A stretch of 64,000 nucleotides of DNA from a virus. A model generated the notes under the pieces. It was not told where the DNA came from, did no database searches, and saw nothing but the letters and a program-made list of their open reading frames with translations. The stretch lies in IMG/VR virus record IMGVR_UViG_3300050821_017216, positions 1-64,000 of that record. One strand, given 5' to 3'. Positions 1-9,084 of the stretch are shown here, piece after piece. The stretch's first letter is position 1; every line of letters starts with the position of its first letter. A program made the position numbers and the translations under genes.

Positions 1-98
1 CGAACAGGACGCGAGCGTCGTCACCGAGGTCGGTCTCCGTACGCTTCACGATGTCATCTAGGTAGACCTTCTTCATCTTTGCTCCCTTCGCGCGCACG
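1..98. repeat. Exact direct repeat (>=98 bp, runs off left edge) of 30061-30158; 5' end of a duplicated small gene
   Basis: 1-98 identical to 30061-30158; identity stops at CGCGCGCACG; encodes MKKVYLDDIVKRTETDLGDDARVLF on the minus strand (ATG at 76). Confidence 0.95.
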
Positions 99-101
99 CG
101 A

Positions 102-368
102 TCAGCGTCCTAACAGGCGACGCACAGCCCCGTGACACGCACAATCGCTCCTGGTGGCTCCGGTTGCTTCCAGGAGCGCCGTTTCACGCACGGTGGCCAG
201 CAGCGCCCGCAGGTCGTCGTACGCCTCGGACGTGTCCACACCGTGCCGGTGCTTGCGCAGCCAATCGGCCGCTAGCGCATCGTGTGTCGGGTCGTCTTGC
301 AAGCGAGTGAACGGGATGCCCATGTCATTGAGCAGGCCCTCTACAACTTCAATCGGTTCCTTCTCCAC
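102..368 (-). CDS. Hypothetical protein (cassette-like gene)
   Basis: 88-aa ORF with GGAGGAG RBS; GCGCGCA motifs at 90 and 385 flank it. Confidence 0.7.
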   Translation of the reverse strand: MEKEPIEVVEGLLNDMGIPFTRLQDDPTHDALAADWLRKHRHGVDTSEAYDDLRALLATVRETALLEATGATRSDCACHGAVRRLLGR

Positions 369-394
369 CGTCTTCTCCTCCAGCGCGCGCAGAG

Positions 395-607
395 CTACTG
401 CGCGGATTGTTTAGTTGGCCACCACGTCCGCCTCCAGCACATGAGGCATCCCCATATCGTTCCTGCACGTGCGTTCGTGCGGCTGCATCGCGGACACACC
501 CACGAGAGAGCATCCAGCGCCTTACCTTCGGCCTCGCATCTGGGACAGTCTACGGCGAGCACCACACCGTGGTCGCACTCCGCCAGCTTCATCCCGTGAG
601 AGCCCAT
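395..607 (-). CDS. Small Cys-rich (CxxC) hypothetical protein
   Basis: AAGGA RBS before ATG at 607; CPRC x2 and CLMC motifs. Confidence 0.6.
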   Translation of the reverse strand: MGSHGMKLAECDHGVVLAVDCPRCEAEGKALDALSWVCPRCSRTNARAGTIWGCLMCWRRTWWPTKQSAQ

Positions 608-627
608 CTTGGTGTCCTTCGCGCGCA

Positions 628-882
628 TCATTGGTCGGCATCCTCGCAGAGCCGAAGTAGGGCGGCGTACCAGCATTCGGAACAGAGCGACGGCGGCACG
701 TACAACTCTCCCGGGTGCATGCGGTCGTGCAGCTTTCGCTTCATCTCATCCGCCCCGGCGTCGATGCGACCGAGACACTGGCCGCAGCGCACTCCGGGGA
801 TGGCGAGTGCGCGCACCTGATTCTGCGTGCGCTCCTTCGCCTCCTCGGGGGTGTCGTCGTTGCTTCCGCCGCAGTGTCCCAT
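628..882 (-). CDS. Small CxxC hypothetical protein
   Basis: 84-aa ORF, GAGG RBS, CGQC and CSEC motifs. Confidence 0.6.
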   Translation of the reverse strand: MGHCGGSNDDTPEEAKERTQNQVRALAIPGVRCGQCLGRIDAGADEMKRKLHDRMHPGELYVPPSLCSECWYAALLRLCEDADQ

Positions 883-953
883 TGCCTACCTCATATCCAG
901 CTTCTTGCAGTGCATCGCGCGCACGCGCGCACTGGGATCGTCCCCACCGTTCC

Positions 954-1316
954 TCACCTCGCGTTGAGCGCTTTGGCCATCTCGCGGACGGTCGACGTGA
1001 ACAGGTGGTCCTTGCCTTGCTGCGCGACCGGGAGCTGAGCGTACGGCACGAAGCACGGGTGCTCCTTCTTCTCCGGGTCCTTGACCGGCCCATACTTCCA
1101 CCCGGTCGCCGCCTTCTCGGCCAGCCACGACTCGTGCGACTGCTCGGGCGTGTTGCCGGCGAGGGCTCCCGTGACGCCGTTGCGCGCGCTCGACTTCTGC
1201 CAATCGGGGGCGTCCTCCCACGACGGCTGAGAGGTGTCTCCGAGCGCCAGACAGTAGGCCCTGTTCACTTCGTGCGCCGCACGGGCGCATGCTTCTACGA
1301 CGTCGTAATCGCTCAT
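954..1316 (-). CDS. RyR-domain-like phage protein
   Basis: AHEVNRAYC...HESWLAEK...GWKYGPVKDPEKKEHPCFVPYAQLP matches the RyR repeat pattern common in phages. Confidence 0.7.
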   Translation of the reverse strand: MSDYDVVEACARAAHEVNRAYCLALGDTSQPSWEDAPDWQKSSARNGVTGALAGNTPEQSHESWLAEKAATGWKYGPVKDPEKKEHPCFVPYAQLPVAQQGKDHLFTSTVREMAKALNAR

Positions 1317-1367
1317 GGCTTGTCTCCTTCGGTTTCGGTTGTCTTGAATCGTCCCGCGCGCACGCGA

Positions 1368-1829
1368 TCAGGCGGAATCCTTCGGATGCTCCACACGCAG
1401 GCAGGCACCGACCCACTTGCGCATGCGTGTCCACCTCTCTGCGGGCGTCTCGGGCGGTGGTCGCTTCCAAGACCCATCCTCGCCCCTTACGTACAGCGGC
1501 ACGAACTCGTCGTTCTCGTAGGCGATCTCACACGCGAGCGCACGTGCGATGCCGAACGTCCCGGCAACCGTGTCCGGGTCTTCGGGGTCCAGGTTGGACA
1601 CGTCGAGCTTGCGCGCCAACGCGACCGCACCCATGGCACACACGTGCTCGCTGTCGCGGACCACCTCGTCGGCGACCAGTTCCTTGACCGGCATCGCGTC
1701 GAGCGCGGCAGCCATCTCGCGAAGGAATGCCTGTCCCCTCTTTCCGCTCAGCGCCCTATCGACGTTCGCCCTGTAGCAATTCAGGGCGCCTTGGTCTTCG
1801 ACGTCGTCCGTGTACCCTGACCGGCTCAT
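1368..1829 (-). CDS. Conserved phage hypothetical protein
   Basis: MSRSGYTDD...ALSGKRGQAFLREMAAALDAMP resembles a family recalled from phages; good RBS. Confidence 0.7.
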   Translation of the reverse strand: MSRSGYTDDVEDQGALNCYRANVDRALSGKRGQAFLREMAAALDAMPVKELVADEVVRDSEHVCAMGAVALARKLDVSNLDPEDPDTVAGTFGIARALACEIAYENDEFVPLYVRGEDGSWKRPPPETPAERWTRMRKWVGACLRVEHPKDSA

Positions 1830-1880
1830 CGCTTGCCCCTTTCCTGAATCGTCGCGCGCACGCGGGTGCGCTGATCGTGA

Positions 1881-2222
1881 CTACAGCGCCTTGGCTTTCG
1901 CGATAGCGTCGCGCAGCGCATCGTGAAGCCGAAACGACTCGGCCATGAGGCTGTCCGCCTCGCCGACCGTCATGCGGCGCTTGGTTCGCTCACGCATCTC
2001 GTTATCGAAGCGGCCGAGTCGATCTCCGGCCTCGACCAATTCCGCAAGTGCCGTTTGCCGCTCGGTGGCTTCCGCCTGGAGCCTCTCGATAACCTCGTCA
2101 CCCGTCTTGTTCGATTGGATGAGGGGAGCCCGCACCTCGTCGAGCAAGGTGGCCAGATCGTCCACCTCCGTAGTGGCAAGCCGGCAGCGGCGCCGAGCAC
2201 GCGCGGTCCGCGCACGCGCCAT
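1881..2222 (-). CDS. Hypothetical coiled-coil protein
   Basis: 113-aa ORF ending just before the junction motif at 1854; start uncertain. Confidence 0.5.
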   Translation of the reverse strand: MARARTARARRRCRLATTEVDDLATLLDEVRAPLIQSNKTGDEVIERLQAEATERQTALAELVEAGDRLGRFDNEMRERTKRRMTVGEADSLMAESFRLHDALRDAIAKAKAL

Positions 2223-2433
2223 GGGTAACGCTCGAGACGGTGCATCCAGCTGGCGGCGCTGGACAGTACAGCCCGCACCCGACGCCAGCGGGTCGTGTTC
2301 TCTTCACGCAGACCACCGCGGCGAAGGTGAGCAGCGCCGTGACGGCGACTTCGCAGACGAACCATCGGACCTTCATGTGTACCCATCGTGATATACACTG
2401 TAGCTCACAATCCGGGTCCGAGCAACCGGGTTG

Positions 2434-2811
2434 CTACTTCGCGGGCCCTGGTGTGCCGGGCGCCGCCCGGTTCTCGACGATCTGGACTCTCCGCTCGTCT
2501 TCCGGCAGGTGCAAGAGTCCATCCTGGACGTGCCCGGCGACCTCCACCTTCGCGCCGAGCAGCAGGTCCGCGGACAGGCGCGCGAGCGCCTCCGCCTCGT
2601 CTTGGCCGTAGACGTAGTAGGTGGCCGCCTCGCGCTTCGGCGCGTCCGCGGTCGCCGCCACCTCCACCGTCGTCACCTTGAACCGCACCGACACGGTGGG
2701 CTCATGCGGTTCGCCGTCGAACTCCGCGTCGATCAGCGGTGGGTACGACCGCTCGGCGGCGGGGTAGAGGTGAGCGGTCAGTCTGCGCTTGGCCCAGTCG
2801 ACGATCTTCAT
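2434..2811 (-). CDS. Hypothetical protein
   Basis: 125-aa ORF with GAGGG RBS, in the leftward block. Confidence 0.55.
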   Translation of the reverse strand: MKIVDWAKRRLTAHLYPAAERSYPPLIDAEFDGEPHEPTVSVRFKVTTVEVAATADAPKREAATYYVYGQDEAEALARLSADLLLGAKVEVAGHVQDGLLHLPEDERRVQIVENRAAPGTPGPAK

Positions 2812-2824
2812 TCGCGGTTCCCTC

Positions 2825-3160
2825 TCAGGCGCTCCCGCCGGGAGCGTTGAACGTTCGGTCCCAGCCGTCCCTGTACACCTTCGTAGCTACTTGAGGCGGC
2901 CCGCTGCGAGCGGGCGCGTACGCGCTCGTGATCTCGTGCGACCCATCGGGGCGACGACTCGTTGTGACGTACTCCTCGCCAGGCATCATCGGTGAACCGT
3001 CGACGACGGGGCGGATGACCGCCATCGTGGTCGAGTGGTCAGGGTGGTGTCGCGAGACCAGTGTCCGCCCGTCCGGCAACGAGCCGACGGGCGTGATGAC
3101 GTCCTTGTCGTCGCAGCGACCCATCGTCGACGCCTCGGGGTCGATCGGGTCGTTCTCCAT
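2825..3160 (-). CDS. Hypothetical protein
   Basis: 111-aa ORF, first gene of the leftward block. Confidence 0.6.
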   Translation of the reverse strand: MENDPIDPEASTMGRCDDKDVITPVGSLPDGRTLVSRHHPDHSTTMAVIRPVVDGSPMMPGEEYVTTSRRPDGSHEITSAYAPARSGPPQVATKVYRDGWDRTFNAPGGSA

Positions 3161-3169
3161 CGCCAGCCA

Positions 3170-3235
3170 ACGCTAGCTATGACGTAGCTCAGTGTCAATC
3201 ATTCCTTGCCACTACCCTACCTCGCGAGCTACGGT
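3170..3235. promoter_or_regulatory. Divergent promoter region with putative operator
   Basis: Leftward TTGACA (3198-3193)-N17-TAGCGT; rightward TTGCCA-N18-TACGGT; inverted GTAGCTC(3184)/GAGCTAC pair. Confidence 0.5.
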
Positions 3236-3242
3236 GTCAGTC

Positions 3243-3440
3243 ATGGCTCGCACGACAGAGAAACCGTCCACCCGCAAGAAGCAGAACCAGATCCGGATGG
3301 ACGAGGCCCTCAAGACGCGCATACGTAAGTACCAGAAGCAGGAGGGGGAGCGGATCGGGTTCGAGGTCAGCTTCTCCGCCGCCGTGCGCAAGCTCATCGA
3401 CATGGGGCTCGAGTCGGCCCGCATCGTGGTGTCGCAGTGA
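3243..3440 (+). CDS. Ribbon-helix-helix-like regulator
   Basis: 65 aa; QIRMDEALKTRI...VSFSAAVRKLIDMGL pattern; first gene after a divergent promoter. Confidence 0.55.
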   Translation: MARTTEKPSTRKKQNQIRMDEALKTRIRKYQKQEGERIGFEVSFSAAVRKLIDMGLESARIVVSQ

Positions 3441-3621
3441 AGGCGAACCCGCGCTGCGACCACGCCGACGGCGACCGCCGCTGCCCCAACTCGGCCGGCT
3501 ACCGCGTCAAGCAGCCGCCGTTCCAGCTGCGGCCCGGCCGGTTCTGTCTGCGCCACGCGCGCGCTCTGCGGGCCCGCCACGACTACGTCGTGCCGCTCGC
3601 CAAGCTCCACTCCGCTGACCG

Positions 3622-4965
3622 ATGAGCGGTCGCCTCGACCTCGTCCTGCAGCGCTACCCCGAGCACGAGGCTGGGATCCGCACGCTCGCCGCGCGCGACC
3701 CGTCCGGAAACCTCAAGTACCTCGACTGGGGCGCGAAGATGCTAGCGAGCGGCCAGGCGCTCGCGCCCGAGGTCGCGGACGTGCTCGACCTCTTCCACCA
3801 GTTCCGCGGGCGGTCGCTCGGCGGCGACGCGCGGCACTCCCGGCGGCAGGACCCGAGCCTGCGGGTCCACCCCGACGTCCACGCGTACCGCCCGCAGGAC
3901 CTCGCGAACCTGCGCACGCTCCTCACCAAGATCAAGCGAGCGCGCGACAAGAAGCGCCGCGCGCGCGAGCGGCTCTACAAGATCGAGGGCTCCGTCGAGG
4001 CGGAGGTCGTCCACGACTCGCCCGACCTCGTCGTCCGACACGTCAAGAACAAGCAGGCGAGCGCCCACTACGGCCTCGGCACCAAGTGGTGCATCGCGAT
4101 GCTCCGCGAGGGGTACTTCGACGACTACGAGGTGCAGAACGCGGCGTTCTTCTTCTTCGAGCGCAAGGCGCCATTGAAGGACGAGTTCGACAAGGTGTGC
4201 CTCGTCGTTCCGCGCGGCGCCGCGAGCGCGCGCGACTACATCATGGACCTGCAGGCCTTCACGGCGGTCGATTGCCGCGTGGACGTCTTCTCGCTCGCGC
4301 GGGTCTACGGGGCTGGTGTCTTCGACGTCCTCCGGCAGATCCACGCGTGCAGTGAGCGCTACCCAGGGTCGGCCGCGTTCCGAGTGAACGCCGGCACCGC
4401 CACCGCCGCGGAGTGCGAGGCCGTCCTCGCGACCGTCGTCGGTGGCAAGCTCGACCCGTACGAGACCGACCAGCTGATCGTGTCGATCTGCTGCAACGAC
4501 GCGGCGCCGTGGTCGCTCCTCGAGACCGTCCTGCAGCGCGCCGCCGCGCTACCCAAGGCGCCCCGCAAGCGCGGTCGGTTTCGCTACCACGCCAAGCGCG
4601 CCCGAGGGGGCCTCGGGATCGAGGTCGCCGTCGAGGCGGCCCTCACGATCCACCCGCAGGTACCGACCGCCGTCCGTGAGGTCCTCGTCAAGAAGCTCCG
4701 GCGCCGGCACGTCCGAGTGGAGGACATCCGCCGCGATGATCGCGGGCGGATCACCGTGACGTGGCGCGTGGCGGTCCGGACCGTCCGGCAGCGCCGCCAC
4801 CGATTCAACCGCTTCCGCACGGCGAAGCAGATGCGCGATCACGCCGGCGTACTCGCGCGCCGGGCTACTCGTTACCGCGAGTCGGCCAGGAAGCTGGAGA
4901 AGAGGGAGCGCGAGCGCGCTAAGAAGCGCCGCGAGCTAGCGAAGCGCCGGGGGGACGGGCGATGA
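3622..4965 (+). CDS. Large hypothetical phage protein with Arg-rich C-terminus
   Basis: 447-aa ORF, ATGA-coupled; contains YGLGTKWCI motif recalled from large-phage proteins. Confidence 0.7.
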   Translation: MSGRLDLVLQRYPEHEAGIRTLAARDPSGNLKYLDWGAKMLASGQALAPEVADVLDLFHQFRGRSLGGDARHSRRQDPSLRVHPDVHAYRPQDLANLRTLLTKIKRARDKKRRARERLYKIEGSVEAEVVHDSPDLVVRHVKNKQASAHYGLGTKWCIAMLREGYFDDYEVQNAAFFFFERKAPLKDEFDKVCLVVPRGAASARDYIMDLQAFTAVDCRVDVFSLARVYGAGVFDVLRQIHACSERYPGSAAFRVNAGTATAAECEAVLATVVGGKLDPYETDQLIVSICCNDAAPWSLLETVLQRAAALPKAPRKRGRFRYHAKRARGGLGIEVAVEAALTIHPQVPTAVREVLVKKLRRRHVRVEDIRRDDRGRITVTWRVAVRTVRQRRHRFNRFRTAKQMRDHAGVLARRATRYRESARKLEKRERERAKKRRELAKRRGDGR

Positions 4966-5276
4966 CGCTCCCGCTCTTCCCCCAGGCCAAGGCCGAACCC
5001 GCGCACCACTGCCACGCGCGCGGCTGCGCGACGGCGGTCCCGCCCGAGATGCTCATGTGCCGCGCCCACTGGCGCATGGTCCCGCGCGCCGTCCAGCGTG
5101 CCGTCTGGGCCGCGTACCGTCCCGGGCAGTGCGCGGACAAGCGGCCGTCCGAGGCGTGGCACCGCGCCGCCGACGCCGCTATCGGCTACGTCGCGCGTGC
5201 CGAGGGGCGCCCGCTGCGCCTGCAGGAGTCCATCGAGCTCGTCGCGTTCGGGTACCCACCATTCGTGGAGACGTGA
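4962..5276 (+). CDS. Conserved phage Cys/His protein
   Basis: HHCHARGC...LMCRAHW...VWAAYRPGQ; translationally coupled. Confidence 0.7.
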   Translation: MTLPLFPQAKAEPAHHCHARGCATAVPPEMLMCRAHWRMVPRAVQRAVWAAYRPGQCADKRPSEAWHRAADAAIGYVARAEGRPLRLQESIELVAFGYPPFVET

Positions 5277-5279
5277 AGA

Positions 5280-5525
5280 ATGAAGATCGAAGTCAGGAGG
5301 GTCGGAGACGCCGCGCACCTCGTCCTCGCCGGCGAGACCGCCGCGGAGTGGCGCGCGCTCCGTGAGTTCGTCGAGCTGATCAACGGGGGGCCGGTCGACC
5401 CGACCGACGTCGACGTCAACCCGGTCTTCGACCGATCTCTCCGCGTCGAGAGCGTCGGTTTCGACGACGACGGGATCGTCGAGTCCCTCACCGTCGAGGG
5501 TGACACATGGGGACCCAAACGATGA
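5280..5525 (+). CDS. Hypothetical protein
   Basis: 81-aa ORF in a coupled operon. Confidence 0.6.
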   Translation: MKIEVRRVGDAAHLVLAGETAAEWRALREFVELINGGPVDPTDVDVNPVFDRSLRVESVGFDDDGIVESLTVEGDTWGPKR

Positions 5526-5809
5526 CCAGCGACGAGGTGAGTGCGATCGTGAACGACGCCAACGCGTCGCTCATGCGGCGGCTGACGGACGGTGGCAAGC
5601 CCGTCGATAGTGTCGTCACCGTGGTGCTTTTCAAGGACGACGGTGAGGCCCACGTCCACATGGCGAGCAGCACGCGCCCCGAGTCCGACGCGGAGGCCGA
5701 CCGGCTAGAGGGGAGCGCGCTGATCGAGGCCGCCGACCTCATCGACACCTACGTCCACGATCACAACCTATGCGTCGACTGTAACGAGAGGAAAGGACCC
5801 GTCCAGTGA
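5522..5809 (+). CDS. Hypothetical protein
   Basis: ATGA overlap with the previous gene. Confidence 0.6.
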   Translation: MTSDEVSAIVNDANASLMRRLTDGGKPVDSVVTVVLFKDDGEAHVHMASSTRPESDAEADRLEGSALIEAADLIDTYVHDHNLCVDCNERKGPVQ

Positions 5810-6075
5810 ACCCCATCGGCCTGACGCGCGCGGAGGAGGAGAAGGAGCAGACCGCCGCGCCCCTAGCGCACCAACCGCCGGCTCCCGCCGGGACGCGGCA
5901 GTGCGTCGCCACGCTCCCGCCCGACGGGACGGTGTGCGGCGCGGAGGCGCGCTGGCTCGTCGTCTGGCGAGACCCGGAGTCCCCGAAGTCCCCCGCGTGC
6001 ACCGACTGCGCGAAGCGGTTCCGGGCGCTCGCGCGGTCGCACGGGTCGGACATCGGCGTGGAGCCGCTGCCGTGA
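5806..6075 (+). CDS. Small Cys-rich hypothetical protein
   Basis: GTGA overlap; CxxC motif. Confidence 0.6.
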   Translation: MNPIGLTRAEEEKEQTAAPLAHQPPAPAGTRQCVATLPPDGTVCGAEARWLVVWRDPESPKSPACTDCAKRFRALARSHGSDIGVEPLP

Positions 6076-6308
6076 CTGAAGAGAATATGGAAAGAGGTGC
6101 TGGAACGATGGGACCGATCGACGAACCGACCTTCACCCTGCGCGGCAGCGACCCCATCGCCCCGGCTGCCGTTCGACTCTGGGCTGCCCAATACTGGCAG
6201 CAGGGCGGCGACCTAGAGAGGGTCGCCGAGGCGCGCGCCATCGCCGACGCGATGGAGGTGTGGCTCGCCGCCGCCCGCCGCTCGGGCTCTGACGGAGTGA
6301 CACCGTGA
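6072..6308 (+). CDS. Conserved phage hypothetical protein
   Basis: DEPTFTLRGSDPIAPAAVRLWA motif. Confidence 0.65.
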   Translation: MTEENMERGAGTMGPIDEPTFTLRGSDPIAPAAVRLWAAQYWQQGGDLERVAEARAIADAMEVWLAAARRSGSDGVTP

Positions 6309-6595
6309 CCCGCGCGGATCTGTCCAAGTGCGACGGTGTCGGTCGCCTCCAGCTCGAGGCGAGAGTCGAGCGGATCGCGCGCGCGCTCACCGCGATCGAG
6401 GCGCGCCTGCAAGCGCGCGCGGACAACGCAGGCCGGCTAGCGACCCACCCCGACCCCGTCGTCCAGCAGTCCGGGGTCGTCCGTGAGAACGCGTACCGGA
6501 CCGCGCTCGCCGACGTCCAGACCCTGCTCGAGGACGCCCTAGGTCACGAGGGGGACGGCGCCGCACTGCCGCACCCACCGTCGGACGTTCCATAG
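6305..6595 (+). CDS. Hypothetical protein
   Basis: Last gene of the rightward block. Confidence 0.5.
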   Translation: MTRADLSKCDGVGRLQLEARVERIARALTAIEARLQARADNAGRLATHPDPVVQQSGVVRENAYRTALADVQTLLEDALGHEGDGAALPHPPSDVP

Positions 6596-6811
6596 GACGT
6601 CGCCCGTGCGGTCCGCGAGGGCCGCGTGCTCGATCGCCTCGTGCATGTAGCTATCTGCGTCGAGCAGCCACGTCGTCGCGTCGCTGGGCGCGCGCACGTG
6701 GTTCTCGTAGGCGGCCACCGCGCGCGCGGCCCACTTGTAGGCCGTCTCCTCCTCGATCTGCTCGCGCGTCCGCTCGCTGAGCTCGCGTCGCGCCTCGTCC
6801 AGCCGGTCCAT
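6539..6811 (-). CDS. Hypothetical protein
   Basis: 90-aa helical ORF at the end of the leftward block. Confidence 0.6.
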   Translation of the reverse strand: MDRLDEARRELSERTREQIEEETAYKWAARAVAAYENHVRAPSDATTWLLDADSYMHEAIEHAALADRTGDVLWNVRRWVRQCGAVPLVT

Positions 6812-6823
6812 CTGGCGGCCCCC

Positions 6824-7564
6824 TTAGTGGAGCTCGTCGGCGAGCGTGTTCACGTACCGCTCGCGGTCCGGCAGCTCGAGGAAGAGCTTCAACTCCAGGA
6901 GCTCCTCGGCCGCCGGCACGACCCAGTCGTGCACGCAGATGGCCTCGCCACGGTCGAGGTCGAAGACGCTGCGACCGCCCACCCTCGCGAGTCGATCGCG
7001 GGGTGCCTGGCGGCTCGTCAGGACGTAGCGGCGCCCGGTGTCGCCGCCGACGACGAGGAAGCTCTGCGTCCGGTCGAAGTCCTCGAGCTGCCTGGGCGTC
7101 AGGAACGCCCGCAGGACGCGCGTCGCGCGGACGTCGGCGCGCTCGAACTCAGGCACCGGGCAGCCTTGGGTCGGCTCCGCGACGGTGACGGCCGCTTTGG
7201 CCGCGTCCTTGACCGTGTCGACCACCTTCGAGATCGCCGCCTCCCCGTCGCCGTCGCTCGCGCGGTGGAGCTCCTCGATCCGACCGTTCTGGAAGACGAC
7301 CGCGGTCAGGAGCTTGCGCCCGCGCTTCATCGCCTTGGCGAGCAGCGACTCCACCTTGTCGATGGGCTTGTCGACGATCACCTTGCCGGCGTCAGGGGTG
7401 GTGTCGACGCCGTACTTCTTGCCGAGCGCCGTCATCGCCTCGCGCTCACTCGGCGACAGGCTCTCCCACTCCACCTCGGTCAACCTCCCCTGGGCCGTCA
7501 GCTTGACGTCCCCGTACATGCTCGGGAGAAAGAGCGGGATCCCGTTGAGGTCGATCAGGTTCAT
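6824..7564 (-). CDS. Hypothetical protein
   Basis: 246-aa ORF with GC3-biased codons. Confidence 0.7.
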   Translation of the reverse strand: MNLIDLNGIPLFLPSMYGDVKLTAQGRLTEVEWESLSPSEREAMTALGKKYGVDTTPDAGKVIVDKPIDKVESLLAKAMKRGRKLLTAVVFQNGRIEELHRASDGDGEAAISKVVDTVKDAAKAAVTVAEPTQGCPVPEFERADVRATRVLRAFLTPRQLEDFDRTQSFLVVGGDTGRRYVLTSRQAPRDRLARVGGRSVFDLDRGEAICVHDWVVPAAEELLELKLFLELPDRERYVNTLADELH

Positions 7565-8311
7565 GGCTTGGCTCTCCGATCCGCTTGAGTAGGTGACTGA
7601 TACGGTAGTTGATCTCGGGTGGGGTGTCTTGGTCCGCGCCGGCCAGCCTCAGACGCAGCGCGTAGAGCTCCGCCAGCTCGCTCACCTCGGCGAGTCGCAC
7701 GTCCGGGTCGGGTCGGTCCGCCTTCCTCTTCTCGGCCTCGGCGTACTGGGTGATGAATGTCTGCGCCATCATGAGGATCTCGCGGCTCACGTCCGCGGCG
7801 TCGTTGAACCCGCCTGCCCGCAGCGCCCCATGCCGGCGGTGCATCACGGGTGGTACCACCATGTCGTCGTCTTCGTAACCGACCTCCTCGACACCCGCGT
7901 CGGGGCGCAATCGCTGCAGCTGCATCGCGATGGCGGTGATCTGTCGAACCTCACCGAACCGGTTCGGCTTGTCGCTACTGAGCAGGTCCCCCGCCAGCGC
8001 GCTGAGCGCGTCGAGCGCGACGTCGACGTGGTGCGGCCTCATGGGCGGTGACGGTTCGGTGTGTGCGGGCGGCAGTTCAAGAATACGGTTCATCGGTTAC
8101 CTCTCAACGTACCTAGGTCACCCAAGCGGCTGCCCGAACCGGTCGCGCGCCGGCAGGCCGTCCCGGTCCCTGTAGACGTGATGGTCGCGGTCGTACTTCA
8201 GGCCGCGCACGCGCGCAGCACGCTGGTTGTGCGGCCCGTCCGGCGGTAGGTCCGGGTCGAAGTTCACGGGCTCGACGAGGTCGCCCGGCCGGAGAGCGTC
8301 TGGCGATCCGC

Positions 8312-8650
8312 TCACCGCCGCCCACCGTACCGCCGACTCCGACCACCCCCCTTACCCTCGCCGTCCCCGCCGCCCCTCGACAGGCTGTCCGACACCTTCT
8401 TGACGCTGCCGATGAACCGGCCGACGTTGTCGGCGATCTTCTCGGCGCGGCTCGCGACCTCCTCGCCGAAGAGTGGGTTCGTGATCTTCTCGATGATGTT
8501 GGCGGCCACGTCGACGTGCTTCTTGCCGAGCAGCTTGTACTCGCGGATGAGCCGGAGCGCACCGAGGGCGGAGTTGAACCGCTCCTTCTCCGAGGTGCGC
8601 TCGTCGAGCGCCATGTTCGTCAGGTCTTCCACTTTCTTCATCACGTCCAT
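8312..8650 (-). CDS. Hypothetical protein
   Basis: GGAGAGGAG RBS before MDVMKKVEDL. Confidence 0.6.
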   Translation of the reverse strand: MDVMKKVEDLTNMALDERTSEKERFNSALGALRLIREYKLLGKKHVDVAANIIEKITNPLFGEEVASRAEKIADNVGRFIGSVKKVSDSLSRGGGDGEGKGGGRSRRYGGRR

Positions 8651-8675
8651 GGCGGACTCCTCTCCTGCGTTTTGC

Positions 8676-8906
8676 CTACCTGCCGGAAATGTTCTCAGTG
8701 TTCTCGGACCTGCTCGCCATCGCCTTCTTCGCGAAGAAGCAGGCCTCCTCCATCTTGGTCCGGCAGATCGACATCTCGCGGGACGGCTCCGGGAGGATTG
8801 CCAACAGGTCGGTGAGGCACGTGTCAAACGCCTGCGCGATGGCCGCAGCCTTCCGCTTACCCTGATCGTTGAGCAGGTGGACCTCGAACTCCTTATTCGC
8901 CGTCAT
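8676..8906 (-). CDS. Acb2/Tad1-like helical hairpin protein (candidate cyclic-nucleotide sponge)
   Basis: 76 aa; PSREMSICRTKMEEACFFAKKAMA resembles the SRExSLAxTKLEEAxxWA hairpin motif. Confidence 0.5.
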   Translation of the reverse strand: MTANKEFEVHLLNDQGKRKAAAIAQAFDTCLTDLLAILPEPSREMSICRTKMEEACFFAKKAMASRSENTENISGR

Positions 8907-9084
8907 GGTGAAAGCTCCTCTCGTCGTTTACGGGATCTGGCGGATCAGTGACAGGGTACACCGAGCGCGCGCGACAGCTCGGCCACGGCGATCAGCGGGG
9001 ACAGCAGGGCGACCACGCCGATCAGGCGGACCGCGCGCCGGCGATCCGCGGGCGCCTCCCCGAACCACGTCAGCGGGTGAGTGG

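Noticed and set aside
609-1820. 403-aa plus-strand ORF and many similar Arg/Pro/Ala-rich ORFs across the window
   Set aside because: Shadow ORFs opposite or overlapping better genes that have RBSs and recognisable motifs; expected at high GC.
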